This document shows positions 9,272 to 17,746 of a stretch of DNA of 32,000 nt, in pieces; the stretch's first letter is position 1, and every line of letters begins with the position of its first letter. The notes below the pieces were generated by a model. The model was not told the origin of the DNA. It saw only the letters and a list, made by a program, of their open reading frames with translations, and did no database searches. Source of the stretch: Ignicoccus hospitalis KIN4/I. Its GTDB lineage: Archaea; Thermoproteota; Thermoprotei_A; Sulfolobales; Ignicoccaceae. The stretch lies in contig NC_009776.1 in NCBI RefSeq assembly GCF_000017945.1, positions 540,001 to 572,000 of the forward strand, read 5' to 3'. The translations under genes and the position numbers were made by a program.

Positions 9272-10363
9272 GTGAGGAAGTTCTTAGCGGAGACCGCCTC
9301 GCTGGTGGTACAAGCGATATTGGAAGCCGTAGTGGGGCACTTGTGGTCCTTGGCGTCCCCAATACTCAAGGAGCACCCCGGAATACTGATAGCTATGCCC
9401 GGGTTGGCGGAGGACAGGGGGGCGGTCTACGGCTCGCTCGCCGCGAAGTACTCTACTATGTTGTACCTAGGCGAGGCCAGCAACGCGAAAGAGTTGTTGA
9501 AGTCCAAGGTAACTTACTCGGCGATAGTTGTAGGGGTGATAGGGGGGCTTTATGTAATACTGCTAGTCTCGACGGTGGCTGAGCCCCTCGCCCCGCTCAT
9601 CTACTTCCTAGTCTCCAGAGGTTTGATACTCTTGACCCTAGTCCCGCTTACCGCCTACTTGTGCTACGCGGCCTTCCTTAAGGGCCTCGACATAGACTTG
9701 ACTGTAGTTTCCCTAATTACTGTAATAGCGGACTTGTTAAGCGCTATATCGCTATTTATAGTGTTCAGTGAGGTATCGCTCGTCTTCATAGCAGTTACTA
9801 TAGCGATAACTTACAAATCCTTAGCGACCGCTGGCCTTCGAAGGGCGCTGGGTTACAAGAAGGAGTACTTGGCCTCGTCGCTGATAGCCTCCACGATATC
9901 GACCTTAGCGGGCTTGACCTTAGCCGAAGGAGGGGCGACAGAGGTCCCCCTCTTGCTGGCAGTGGCGCCGTTGATAATGGCCCTCAACGGCTCAGCCTCG
10001 ATGAACTTCGCCTCGTGGCTGGGGACGGCCCTTGCCTTGGGCGAGGTGGAGGCCTCGAGGCCCTTCTCGAAAAAGGTGCTGGCCACAAACCTCCGGGTGA
10101 CGGCCGAGGTGCTGGTGGCCCTCGTCTCCTCCTCGGCCCTCTTCGCGCTGGGCCCCCACGGCATAAGGGCCTTGGAGGTGGCCCTCGTTAGCACGCTGTT
10201 GTTGAGGGCTGTTATGCCTTTAATTACTATTGTATTGGCCTCGTGGAGTTACTTGAGGGGCTGGGACCCCGACTTGATAACTATTCCGATACTCTCAAGC
10301 TTGGGCGACTTGCTCTCCACTAACGTAGTGCTCTTAACGTACCGCTTGCTGTTCAATCCTTAA
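9272..10363 (+). CDS. MgtE/SLC41-like divalent cation transporter
   Basis: Multi-TM protein with PGILIAMPGLAEDRGAVYGSLAAKYSTMLYLG and DLITIPILSSLGDLLSTNVVLLTY, signature half-domains of the SLC41-type MgtE fold. Confidence 0.72.
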   Translation: MRKFLAETASLVVQAILEAVVGHLWSLASPILKEHPGILIAMPGLAEDRGAVYGSLAAKYSTMLYLGEASNAKELLKSKVTYSAIVVGVIGGLYVILLVSTVAEPLAPLIYFLVSRGLILLTLVPLTAYLCYAAFLKGLDIDLTVVSLITVIADLLSAISLFIVFSEVSLVFIAVTIAITYKSLATAGLRRALGYKKEYLASSLIASTISTLAGLTLAEGGATEVPLLLAVAPLIMALNGSASMNFASWLGTALALGEVEASRPFSKKVLATNLRVTAEVLVALVSSSALFALGPHGIRALEVALVSTLLLRAVMPLITIVLASWSYLRGWDPDLITIPILSSLGDLLSTNVVLLTYRLLFNP

Positions 10364-11379
10364 ATAGGCCTATAGGAGACTTTCCTCAAGCCGTAGAGCT
10401 CGAGCCTGGAGGCGAACCACTGGGCGGCGCTGGCTCGGGAGGCGTCTATTATGATTTCCCCAGCCTTGGACTCGAGGACGTAGTACTCTAAGTCCTCCAA
10501 GTCTGCGTGGTCGCTGAACCCCACCCTCCAAGCGTTAGGGCCCACCTTTTGAACGGGGACGAACTGCCAGCCGTCTAGTAGGACCTTACTGCCCCTCACC
10601 CTCTCTTGCCTAAAGTTGTGGAACTTAGAAAAGCGAACGTACCACCCGTCCCTCTCTATTTCCTTCGCCTCCGGGCTCCCCTCTAGGAAGTACTCGCCGA
10701 AGGTGTACCCTAGCTTCTCGAGGTCCTTTGCTATTAAGAACTCCCGTCGGGAGAGCAAGTAAGGCGCGTCCACCCCGTGGAGCCTGAGCAGCTCCATGAC
10801 CTCTTGCAGCTTGCCGTTGTAGGCGTACACGTGGACCGGTCCCCTCCCCAAGAGCTCTAGTACCAACCTCACCAACTCCTCATCCATCGTCTCTTTGTAC
10901 TTCCGTATGCAGAGCGGGCAGCCGTAGGTGGCGTCCACCACGAGGGCGTCGAGCCCTTGGAGGACCGGGGTCCCCGTTCCCGGCTCCTTGAAGTCGCCCG
11001 TGTAGCCGAACGTCCGCCCCTCCTCGTCTTCCACGACCACTTGGACGGAGCCGGGGATGTGGGAGGCCTTCACGAACTTGATTACTTCGTAGCCTCCCCT
11101 CCGGGAGTCGACGGGCACCTTGTACGTTTGACCCGGCTTGAGGACTACCAGCTTCCTAGTGCTCCTCAAGCTGCGGTAGGTGTGTTTTAGGAATACCGCG
11201 GTCTCTTCGGTAACCAAGATAGTTTCTTGATAGCTCAAGCTCTTACCTATGTCCTTCGTGTGGTCAGCGTGGGCGTGGGTGATCACCCTTACCTTTCTCC
11301 GAGGGGTGAAGCCGTCTACGGTCACTTGAGAGCCCAAAAGTATCGCTTTCGTCTCCGTAACTGTAGCCACGCTGAACAT
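10360..11379 (-). CDS. MBL-fold exonuclease/RNA-processing-like protein
   Basis: 339 aa; VITHAHADHTKD, SHIPGSVQVVVEDEEGRTFGYTGDF, VDATYG, GFSDHADLEDLEYYV. Confidence 0.82.
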   Translation of the reverse strand: MFSVATVTETKAILLGSQVTVDGFTPRRKVRVITHAHADHTKDIGKSLSYQETILVTEETAVFLKHTYRSLRSTRKLVVLKPGQTYKVPVDSRRGGYEVIKFVKASHIPGSVQVVVEDEEGRTFGYTGDFKEPGTGTPVLQGLDALVVDATYGCPLCIRKYKETMDEELVRLVLELLGRGPVHVYAYNGKLQEVMELLRLHGVDAPYLLSRREFLIAKDLEKLGYTFGEYFLEGSPEAKEIERDGWYVRFSKFHNFRQERVRGSKVLLDGWQFVPVQKVGPNAWRVGFSDHADLEDLEYYVLESKAGEIIIDASRASAAQWFASRLELYGLRKVSYRPI

Positions 11380-11423
11380 CTTTTCCTCAGAGGCGGAGAA
11401 CGCTAGGACGACTAATATCTTGC

Positions 11424-12020
11424 TCAGGCCTCTAAGCTTACTGTCCTTATGCTGGGCTTGCCCCCGAACGGAATGACCAATACGTCTATACCGTCGCCGG
11501 ACAAGCTGTCGCGTCCGCTCGCTACCTTCACGCTCTCTATGGCTAGGTTTTGAGCCTCTTCCAAACTCATGTCCTCCCTATACTCCTTGTCCAACAAGGC
11601 CATCGCTAGCGGCGCTCCGGTCCCCACGGCCGAGTACTTCTCCTCTATGACGGAGCCGACGGGGTCCAACACGAATATCCTCGGTTCGTCGTCGTAGCCC
11701 CCGAAGACCGTTTCCGTCATTAGCGGGAACAGCTTGTTCGAGTAGAGGATGAGTCCCAACAGCCTCGCCGCGGACCTCACTTTCATTTTTCTCTTATTGG
11801 ATATCTCGTAGTACCTTATCTCGTTCTCCAGAGCCCTAGCTATCGCTTGCATGTCCGCGTAAAGGCCGGCGCACGCCATCCCCATCCTGTCTCCTACCTT
11901 AAACACCTTCCTAGCGGCTTTGCTCATTATGAAGCCTCCGTAGCTCATCCTCCTCTCGGCCGCCAACACGACGCCGTCCTTTACCTTAATTCCGACTGCC
12001 GTTGCCCCCGGGCCACTCAA
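11424..12020 (-). CDS. psmB: Proteasome subunit beta
   Basis: 198 aa; short propeptide then TAVGIKVKDGVVLAAERRMSYGGFIMSKAARKVFKVGDRMGMACAGLYAD. Confidence 0.95.
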   Translation of the reverse strand: MSGPGATAVGIKVKDGVVLAAERRMSYGGFIMSKAARKVFKVGDRMGMACAGLYADMQAIARALENEIRYYEISNKRKMKVRSAARLLGLILYSNKLFPLMTETVFGGYDDEPRIFVLDPVGSVIEEKYSAVGTGAPLAMALLDKEYREDMSLEEAQNLAIESVKVASGRDSLSGDGIDVLVIPFGGKPSIRTVSLEA

Positions 12021-12057
12021 AGCTTACGACCACCCACAGACGGAGGAGGGGGAATAA

Positions 12058-12993
12058 TTACCACACGCCAGTGCGTATGTACCTAAAAGCCGTGAACCCG
12101 GCAATGTAACCTTGGGCCGCCGCCACCAGTATCCTCTTGGGGGCCGGAGTTATGTCCCCTGCCGCGAACACCCCCTTAACGTTCGTCCTCATCTTATCGT
12201 CCACTAGTATTTCTTTACCCCTCATGTTAACTCCGAGAGACTTGACCCACTCCAAGTCCGGGGGCTCGAAGCCTATGGATATGACCAAGTGGTCCAGAGG
12301 GAGCACCGTCTCGCCCCCCTCCTTGTGGGTCACCACCAAAGCCGTGGCCTTGCCATCCTTTGCTATTATCTCCTTGGGAACGCTGTTCAATACCATCTTA
12401 ACTCCGGCCCTCACCATCCTTTCGATGCTCCTCATGGGGGCCCTGAACTGGTCCCTGCGGTGAACTATGGTTACTTGGGCCCCGCTCTCGGCTAACACGG
12501 TCGCCGTGTCGACGGCTGTGTCTCCCCCGCCGACGACAACTACCTTAGAACCCGCGAAAGCTGTAGGATCCTTAACTATATAGTGAACGTTGGGCGCGTC
12601 CTCGTTGGGAATGCCTAGCCTCCTGGGCTTGCCCAGTATGCCTATAGCTATTATGAGGACCTTCCCTTCGTACTCGTTCCCGCTCTGGGTGCCCAGCACT
12701 ATCTTATCCCCCTCCTTCCACGCCTTAACGACCCTCTCCTTCTCAACTACCTCCACCCCGAAGAACTTCTGCATCTCTTCGAAGGCTCTAGCAATTTCTA
12801 TTGCCCTTTTCCCGTCGAACCCGGGGTAGTTTTCCACGGGCTTCCAAGCGTATGAGTAAACCGTGGCCATTACCCTCTCCGCCTCTATCACCAAAGGCTC
12901 TACGCCGTACTGCTTGAGGGTGGCGGCCGCCGTCAGGCCGGCTGGTCCGGCGCCCACCACCAGCGCGTCCCTCATCCCACCTTCACCCCACAC
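12058..12993 (-). CDS. Thioredoxin-reductase-fold FAD/NAD(P) oxidoreductase, probably ferredoxin--NADP reductase type
   Basis: 311 aa; GAGPAGLTAA, GGGDTAVDTA, GVFAAGD; no redox CxxC, instead VHYIVKDPTAFAGSKVVVVGGG. Confidence 0.85.
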   Translation of the reverse strand: MWGEGGMRDALVVGAGPAGLTAAATLKQYGVEPLVIEAERVMATVYSYAWKPVENYPGFDGKRAIEIARAFEEMQKFFGVEVVEKERVVKAWKEGDKIVLGTQSGNEYEGKVLIIAIGILGKPRRLGIPNEDAPNVHYIVKDPTAFAGSKVVVVGGGDTAVDTATVLAESGAQVTIVHRRDQFRAPMRSIERMVRAGVKMVLNSVPKEIIAKDGKATALVVTHKEGGETVLPLDHLVISIGFEPPDLEWVKSLGVNMRGKEILVDDKMRTNVKGVFAAGDITPAPKRILVAAAQGYIAGFTAFRYIRTGVW

Positions 12994-13817
12994 AGCCTCT
13001 CTGCGAGATCTTTAAGGCCAATATATTCACTAACTACGCCGTAGAAGCTAGAACACGGGGACGGTTTCATGGAGTGGTAGAAGTGGTAACAAGCCTTGGG
13101 CAACCACCAAGCGCTGCCCAAGCCTCGGACCCCACAAGGGGCCGAGCCTTCCAAGGCGGAGTCTTGGACGTGTCGCGCGTAAGACAACGCGAAGTGGGTG
13201 TAGGCGAGGACGACCAGCTTGGAGGAGTCCGCAACCACGTCGGCGAGTTCGCGGGCCAAAGAGACGGTGAAAGCCGGGGGCAAGTTGACCTTTATAGAGT
13301 TGATGCGGTTCGTTACGTTCTTCATAATCAAGTACGATTTAATATAGACAACCCTAGTGGAGTTTGTACATACCGTGGACATACACGAAGACTTGTAGAG
13401 GGAGAAGGTGCTGGAGGAGGCGAAAGCCCCTAGGCGATCTAAGTAAGATGCGAGCTCGTTGAAGGTCTTGACTTTCACGAGCCCTATTATGTCTTGGGTT
13501 ACCAAAGCGAAGTACAGAGTAGCGAGATATTTTGCCATCGCGAGGTCGTATTCCTTCCTCAAGGTTAAGGATCGCGCCTCGGAGTAGAGGGCGCTCGCCC
13601 TTTCGAGGTTCTCGAGGGCGAGCTTGTAGAGCGCTTTCTGGTAGCCGTTCTCCGGCCTTAAGGTTATGATGTCCGCCTTTATCCTCTCTATAAACCCCTT
13701 TATCATATTGTCGTAGCGGAGCAAGGTATCTTCGTCGAAGCCGAGGGGGGCGGTCAAGTTGCAGGCCGAGAGGGCGGTGCTTACGAGTAAGAAGACTAGG
13801 AGGGCGGCCTTCCTCAC
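12972..13817 (-). CDS. Hypothetical secreted/exported helical protein
   Basis: Signal-peptide-like N-terminus MRKAALLVFLLVSTALSAC; four further Cys and a Cys/Ser segment (CSSF) towards the C-terminus; overlaps the start of 12058..12993 by 22 nt. Confidence 0.65.
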   Translation of the reverse strand: MRKAALLVFLLVSTALSACNLTAPLGFDEDTLLRYDNMIKGFIERIKADIITLRPENGYQKALYKLALENLERASALYSEARSLTLRKEYDLAMAKYLATLYFALVTQDIIGLVKVKTFNELASYLDRLGAFASSSTFSLYKSSCMSTVCTNSTRVVYIKSYLIMKNVTNRINSIKVNLPPAFTVSLARELADVVADSSKLVVLAYTHFALSYARHVQDSALEGSAPCGVRGLGSAWWLPKACYHFYHSMKPSPCSSFYGVVSEYIGLKDLAERLCGVKVG

Positions 13818-13838
13818 TTCGCTTCCCTTGGGGCGGGC

Positions 13839-14777
13839 TTATCGACCCGTATAAGCGGTACATACGTACCTAGCTAAGCTGCGGTGGACCCTCATGGTAT
13901 GACACTTGTTCAACTTTAAGAACGCTCTTTTGATCATCTCCTCGGCGTTTATCGACGTCGAGGCGGCGAAGACAACCCATGAGCCGGCCTTCAACACCCT
14001 CCTCGCCTCTTGTAGGAACTCCAACAAGAGCTCCTCCGCCGAGTGCCCCAAGCTCAACACGCTCCTCCCGTAAGGGGGGTCGGTGGCTATAGCCGAGAAC
14101 GAAGATCTCCTAAAAGGCATCTGGGCGGAGTCTTGGAGCACGTGCTCCGCCTCCGCCCCCACGTGTTGAGCGTTTATCCTAGAGCCGTACACCATGCTCG
14201 GGTCCAAGTCCGCGCAAAAGCTGAGCGCCCCCACCCTCCAAGCCTCTTGGGCTATCACGCCGGTGCCGCAGAAGGGGTCCAAGAAGCGCTCCCCCGGCCT
14301 AACCCTGCTCAAGTTGACCATGGCTCTGGCGAGGAGCGGATCCATGGAACCGGGAGAGAAGAAGGGGCCCTTTGGGCTCCTCCCGAGCCTCCTGAGCGCC
14401 CTCTCCTTACTTATTATGAGGAAACCCTCGACGGCCGTGGCGATAGCTTCCCCCGCGCCCGGCACCGTCGGGAAGGCCCTCGTCCGCGGAGGGGTTAAGC
14501 CCCCTAGCTTCCTAAACCTTAGGCGCTCGAAGGAGCAATCCTCGAACCAGTCGCACGCCACCTCGTCGCAGACCGCGCACACCTTGCCTACCTCTTTCAC
14601 GAAGGCGCTCCTTTCGACAATCCTCTTAGAGCACTCGAAGCTTGCCTTGGCCAAGACTAAGTTGTAATGGACCGAGAGGACTTCCAAAGGACACGAGTAG
14701 ACCTCGTGCAGGGCCTCTATCTCTTCCAAGGGAATAGTCCTGTGGGCCCCGGAGGTCACGAAGTAGAGGACTTCCAA
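13839..14777 (-). CDS. Putative tRNA (guanine-N2)-methyltransferase (Trm11/TrmG10 type)
   Basis: SAM motif FLDPFCGTGVIAQEA, catalytic TDPPYGRS, N-terminal THUMP-like segment; 312 aa. Confidence 0.78.
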   Translation of the reverse strand: MEVLYFVTSGAHRTIPLEEIEALHEVYSCPLEVLSVHYNLVLAKASFECSKRIVERSAFVKEVGKVCAVCDEVACDWFEDCSFERLRFRKLGGLTPPRTRAFPTVPGAGEAIATAVEGFLIISKERALRRLGRSPKGPFFSPGSMDPLLARAMVNLSRVRPGERFLDPFCGTGVIAQEAWRVGALSFCADLDPSMVYGSRINAQHVGAEAEHVLQDSAQMPFRRSSFSAIATDPPYGRSVLSLGHSAEELLLEFLQEARRVLKAGSWVVFAASTSINAEEMIKRAFLKLNKCHTMRVHRSLARYVCTAYTGR

Positions 14778-15463
14778 GGCTTCTCAGCCTTCTCCTCCTC
14801 TTCCTTTACGACCCGAATTAGCCAAGGTTTTACTTCCCTCTCGTACCACTCGAGCAAGTCCGGGTCGTACCACTTTTCAACCTTCTCGCCCCTCATAGCC
14901 TTAATCATCATTACCACGCTCCTTCCAACGTTTAACGCATCCAAGACGAAGTTCTTTAACTCCAAGGCGTCTCCAGGACCGTTTATGTAAGCCATGCTCC
15001 ACGGAGGTATCACGGCCCCCATGGAGTTTAGGATAGACATCATCTGCGCTACCGCAAACATCGCGCCGCTGTCGTTGCCCGTGGCCACGAAGCCCACCAC
15101 CTTTCCGTCCATCCAACTCTTCCCATCTATGTGTATCATATTTTCCAATGCAGTTAAGCGGTCTATGACGTTCTTCATCACCGCGCTCGGGGAGTACCAA
15201 TAGACGGGCGTAGCGAATATTATGCCGTCCGCTTCCAAGACCTTGTCGTAAATTATCTTCATGTCGTCCTTAATAACGCAAGGGTACCTACAAGCCTTCA
15301 CGTCCTCCGACGCGCAGCCGAGACAAGGCTTCACGTCCAGCTCGTACAAGTGGAGCCACTCGGTCTCCGCGCCGAACCGCTCCGCCGCCTTGAGGGCCAT
15401 CATAAGCCCCTTGAAGGAGTTGCCGTACCTCCTCGGAGACCCTAACAAGCCTAAAACTTTCAT
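14756..15463 (-). CDS. Flavodoxin-like/NADPH-dependent FMN reductase family protein
   Basis: MKVLGLLGSPRRYGNSFKGLMMAL, CxxC (CLGC...CRYPC), DGIIFATPVYWYSPSAVMKNVIDR. Confidence 0.85.
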   Translation of the reverse strand: MKVLGLLGSPRRYGNSFKGLMMALKAAERFGAETEWLHLYELDVKPCLGCASEDVKACRYPCVIKDDMKIIYDKVLEADGIIFATPVYWYSPSAVMKNVIDRLTALENMIHIDGKSWMDGKVVGFVATGNDSGAMFAVAQMMSILNSMGAVIPPWSMAYINGPGDALELKNFVLDALNVGRSVVMMIKAMRGEKVEKWYDPDLLEWYEREVKPWLIRVVKEEEEKAEKPWKSSTS

Positions 15464-15530
15464 TTCCTCTTACCCGCGTCGATAGGAAAGAGAAGAGGTT
15501 TTATCGCCGATGAGGAGCGTGGGCTACGTC

Positions 15531-15563
15531 GAGCGGTGAGCGCTCAGACCTCGGGACCCGAGG
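15531..15563. other. Tandem small hairpins (possible terminator/structured 3' end) between two same-strand genes
   Basis: GAGCG-gtgag-CGCTC (15531-15545) and CCTCG-GGACC-CGAGG (15549-15563), immediately 3' of the 15567..16361 gene. Confidence 0.35.
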
Positions 15564-15566
15564 CCT

Positions 15567-16361
15567 TCAAGGCACCACCCACGTCCCGCTCCTCTCTTCC
15601 AAACACTTCAGGGGGTCGGGGACGGTGCCGTCGCATATGACCACTTTGGTCCCCCCGGAGGCGACCCTTCCCGCCATTATTATTTTGATGTTCATCCCAG
15701 GGCCCACCTTCTTGGCCACCTCTTCCGCCTCTGAGGACTTTATCTCGGGTACCACCTTCCCGTCCATCAGAACTCCGGGAACGTCGGTCAAGAGTACGAG
15801 GTACTCCGCGGACAACGCCTTAGCCAGTTCAGCCGCCATCTGGTCCCCGTTTACGTTCAAGAGCTCGCCCTCGGGGCTCAGCGCTATGGGAGCGACTACC
15901 GGTACCAAGCCCCTCTCCACTAAGGCCTTGATTAGGTCCGTTTTCACCTCCTTTATCTTGCCCGTATAGCCGCCGGCGATGGCCCTCTTTACGAGCCTCT
16001 CGCCCACCTTTTCTTGGACGATAACTTTCTTCTTCCTCTCCGCTATCACGCTCGGCCCGTCGGCTCCGGTCAGCCCTACCGCGCCCCTCCCGTAGGAGGC
16101 GAAGGAGGCGACTATCTTCTTATTCAACAAACCCCCGAGGACCGCTACGAACACTTCGAGCTCCTTCTCGTCCGTGTACCTAAATTTTATCCCGGAGGCG
16201 GAGACCTTGAACTGGGGTTCCATCCCCATTTTCCTCTCCCACTCGTCCACTAGGTCTCCCCCTCCGTGCACGAACACCGCCTTCTCTAACCGAGAAATGC
16301 TCTTGACTATCTCATCCATGTTGTTCAACAACGTCCTGCCACCGGCTTTTACTACTATCAT
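15567..16361 (-). CDS. lysZ: [LysW]-aminoadipate/glutamate kinase or acetylglutamate kinase
   Basis: 264 aa amino-acid kinase: VVKAGGRTLLNN, VFVHGGGDLVDEW, GLTGADGPSVIAERKK, LLTDVPGVL, KIIMAGRVASGGTKVVICDG. Confidence 0.88.
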   Translation of the reverse strand: MIVVKAGGRTLLNNMDEIVKSISRLEKAVFVHGGGDLVDEWERKMGMEPQFKVSASGIKFRYTDEKELEVFVAVLGGLLNKKIVASFASYGRGAVGLTGADGPSVIAERKKKVIVQEKVGERLVKRAIAGGYTGKIKEVKTDLIKALVERGLVPVVAPIALSPEGELLNVNGDQMAAELAKALSAEYLVLLTDVPGVLMDGKVVPEIKSSEAEEVAKKVGPGMNIKIIMAGRVASGGTKVVICDGTVPDPLKCLEERSGTWVVP

Positions 16362-17066
16362 TGGCTAGGCCACCGAAGGGGAGGGGGAGGGCACGGTCTT
16401 CAACGCTTGCGTCCAAGTTTATTAGTTGCTCCAGACGAGCAAGTCGCCTTCACGAAAGGCTCTGCCTCGCCTCTCGTCTGTCGAGGGTCCACATGGCCTT
16501 GCCGAATCGGATCTCGGAAGTTGCTCGGGTCCCTCGCACAATGCAACTGGCGTTACCATGATCTTTTTTCTAGAAAGTGAAGCCTCAGCGATTCATAGGT
16601 TCCTTCATAAGTTCGACTACGTAGCTCTAAGATTGGGCTCGTGGTTACCCCAAGCTCTAAGAGCATTCAATATCAACTTGTCTTCCTTCTCTGTATTACT
16701 ACAAAGCTCTCACTCTTCGCCCAGTGAAGCGCTACTTAACGCTCTCGACGGGCGACGCTCTCCACCTTCGCGCAAAACTAACTCTCAGATACAGAGTAAC
16801 GTTGATTCCTTAGCCTCTTAGCATTACAAATCACCAAACTTTTGTATTTACTCATTTCTCTTTCCACATTCACCCACATGGGAACATCCTATGTTCGAAA
16901 GCGCACCATTACTATTCACTCTCTCAGACCCCCTTATATCTTTTCATGGGAACGCTGAAGATCATGGAGAGAAGGCCAGAGGAAAAATTTCTTGAATAAA
17001 GGGAAAAGCTTGGGGAATTGTAAGTTTGGGGTAGAACGCAATTCTTTTAAGGGAAAGACCTTGGAG

Positions 17067-17076
17067 CTTTATATGG
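17067..17076 (+). promoter_or_regulatory. Putative leader promoter (box A) for the CRISPR array
   Basis: CTTTATATGG located 10 nt upstream of the first repeat, within the presumptive leader. Confidence 0.4.
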
Positions 17077-17085
17077 AAGGTCTCG

Positions 17086-17649
17086 GTGGAGTCTCAAAAG
17101 AGGATAGAAAGTCCTTCTCCTCCCCTACCGGCAGCCCTTCTACCTTCTCCTCCTGTAGAGTCTCAAGAGAGGATAGAAAGAAGAGTAAGTGGTACGGGTT
17201 GGTCCTATTCAACTACATTAACCTGTAGAGTCTCAAGAGAGGATAGAAAGGCGTTGTAGAAGAAGGGGTGGATGGCGATAGGCAGCTTGAGGTGGAGTCT
17301 CAAAAGAGGATAGAAAGCATTCGGTGTAGAGGCGCACCTTCCTCTCTTCCATCTCCAACACCCGTGAAGTCTCAAAAGAGGATAGAAAGATGCCTAGTCA
17401 AGTTCTTCTAATTAGAAGAGCACGATCGTGGAGTCTCAAGAGAGAATAGAAAGTCCAGTTCGCGTTTCAACCAAGAAGGAAAGAACACCGTGGAGTCTCA
17501 AGATAGAATGGAAAGAGAAGAACAAGCTTGTGGAAGCGATACCAGCGTTCGTGGCGTGGAGTCTCAAGAGAGAATAGAAAGCGGAGGTGAACTAAAATGC
17601 CTAGTAGTTAAAGCTGATCATGGGTGGAGTCTCAAGAGAGAATGGAAAG
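17086..17649 (+). CRISPR. CRISPR array: 9 repeats of 26 nt (consensus GTGGAGTCTCAAGAGAGGATAGAAAG), 8 spacers of 36-46 nt
   Basis: Repeats at 17086-17111, 17155-17180, 17225-17250, 17292-17317, 17364-17389, 17428-17453, 17490-17515, 17556-17581, 17624-17649; non-identical spacers of 43, 44, 41, 46, 38, 36, 40, 42 nt; repeats end in GAAAG and contain a short CTC/GAG dyad as in crenarchaeal repeats. Confidence 0.95.
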
Positions 17650-17746
17650 ATAATTCTCTCAAAAGGTAATAGGAAACGCAACTCAAGGTCCTAATAAAGC
17701 TTACAAAAAGCAAGCTACACAAAGGCTCCCAAGGCCCGATAAGGAA

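Noticed and set aside
16426-16821. 131-aa plus-strand ORF as a real gene
   Set aside because: Ser-rich, no recognisable motif, composition unlike neighbouring proteins; kept only as part of the unexplained region.
17390-17623. Shared 9-mer ATGCCTAGT between spacers 5 and 8 as evidence of related spacers
   Set aside because: Short enough to be chance in about 330 nt of spacer sequence; flanks do not align.
17086-17649. Array as a simple tandem/minisatellite repeat
   Set aside because: Unit spacing is regular, but the intervening 36-46 nt sequences are all different, as expected for CRISPR spacers.
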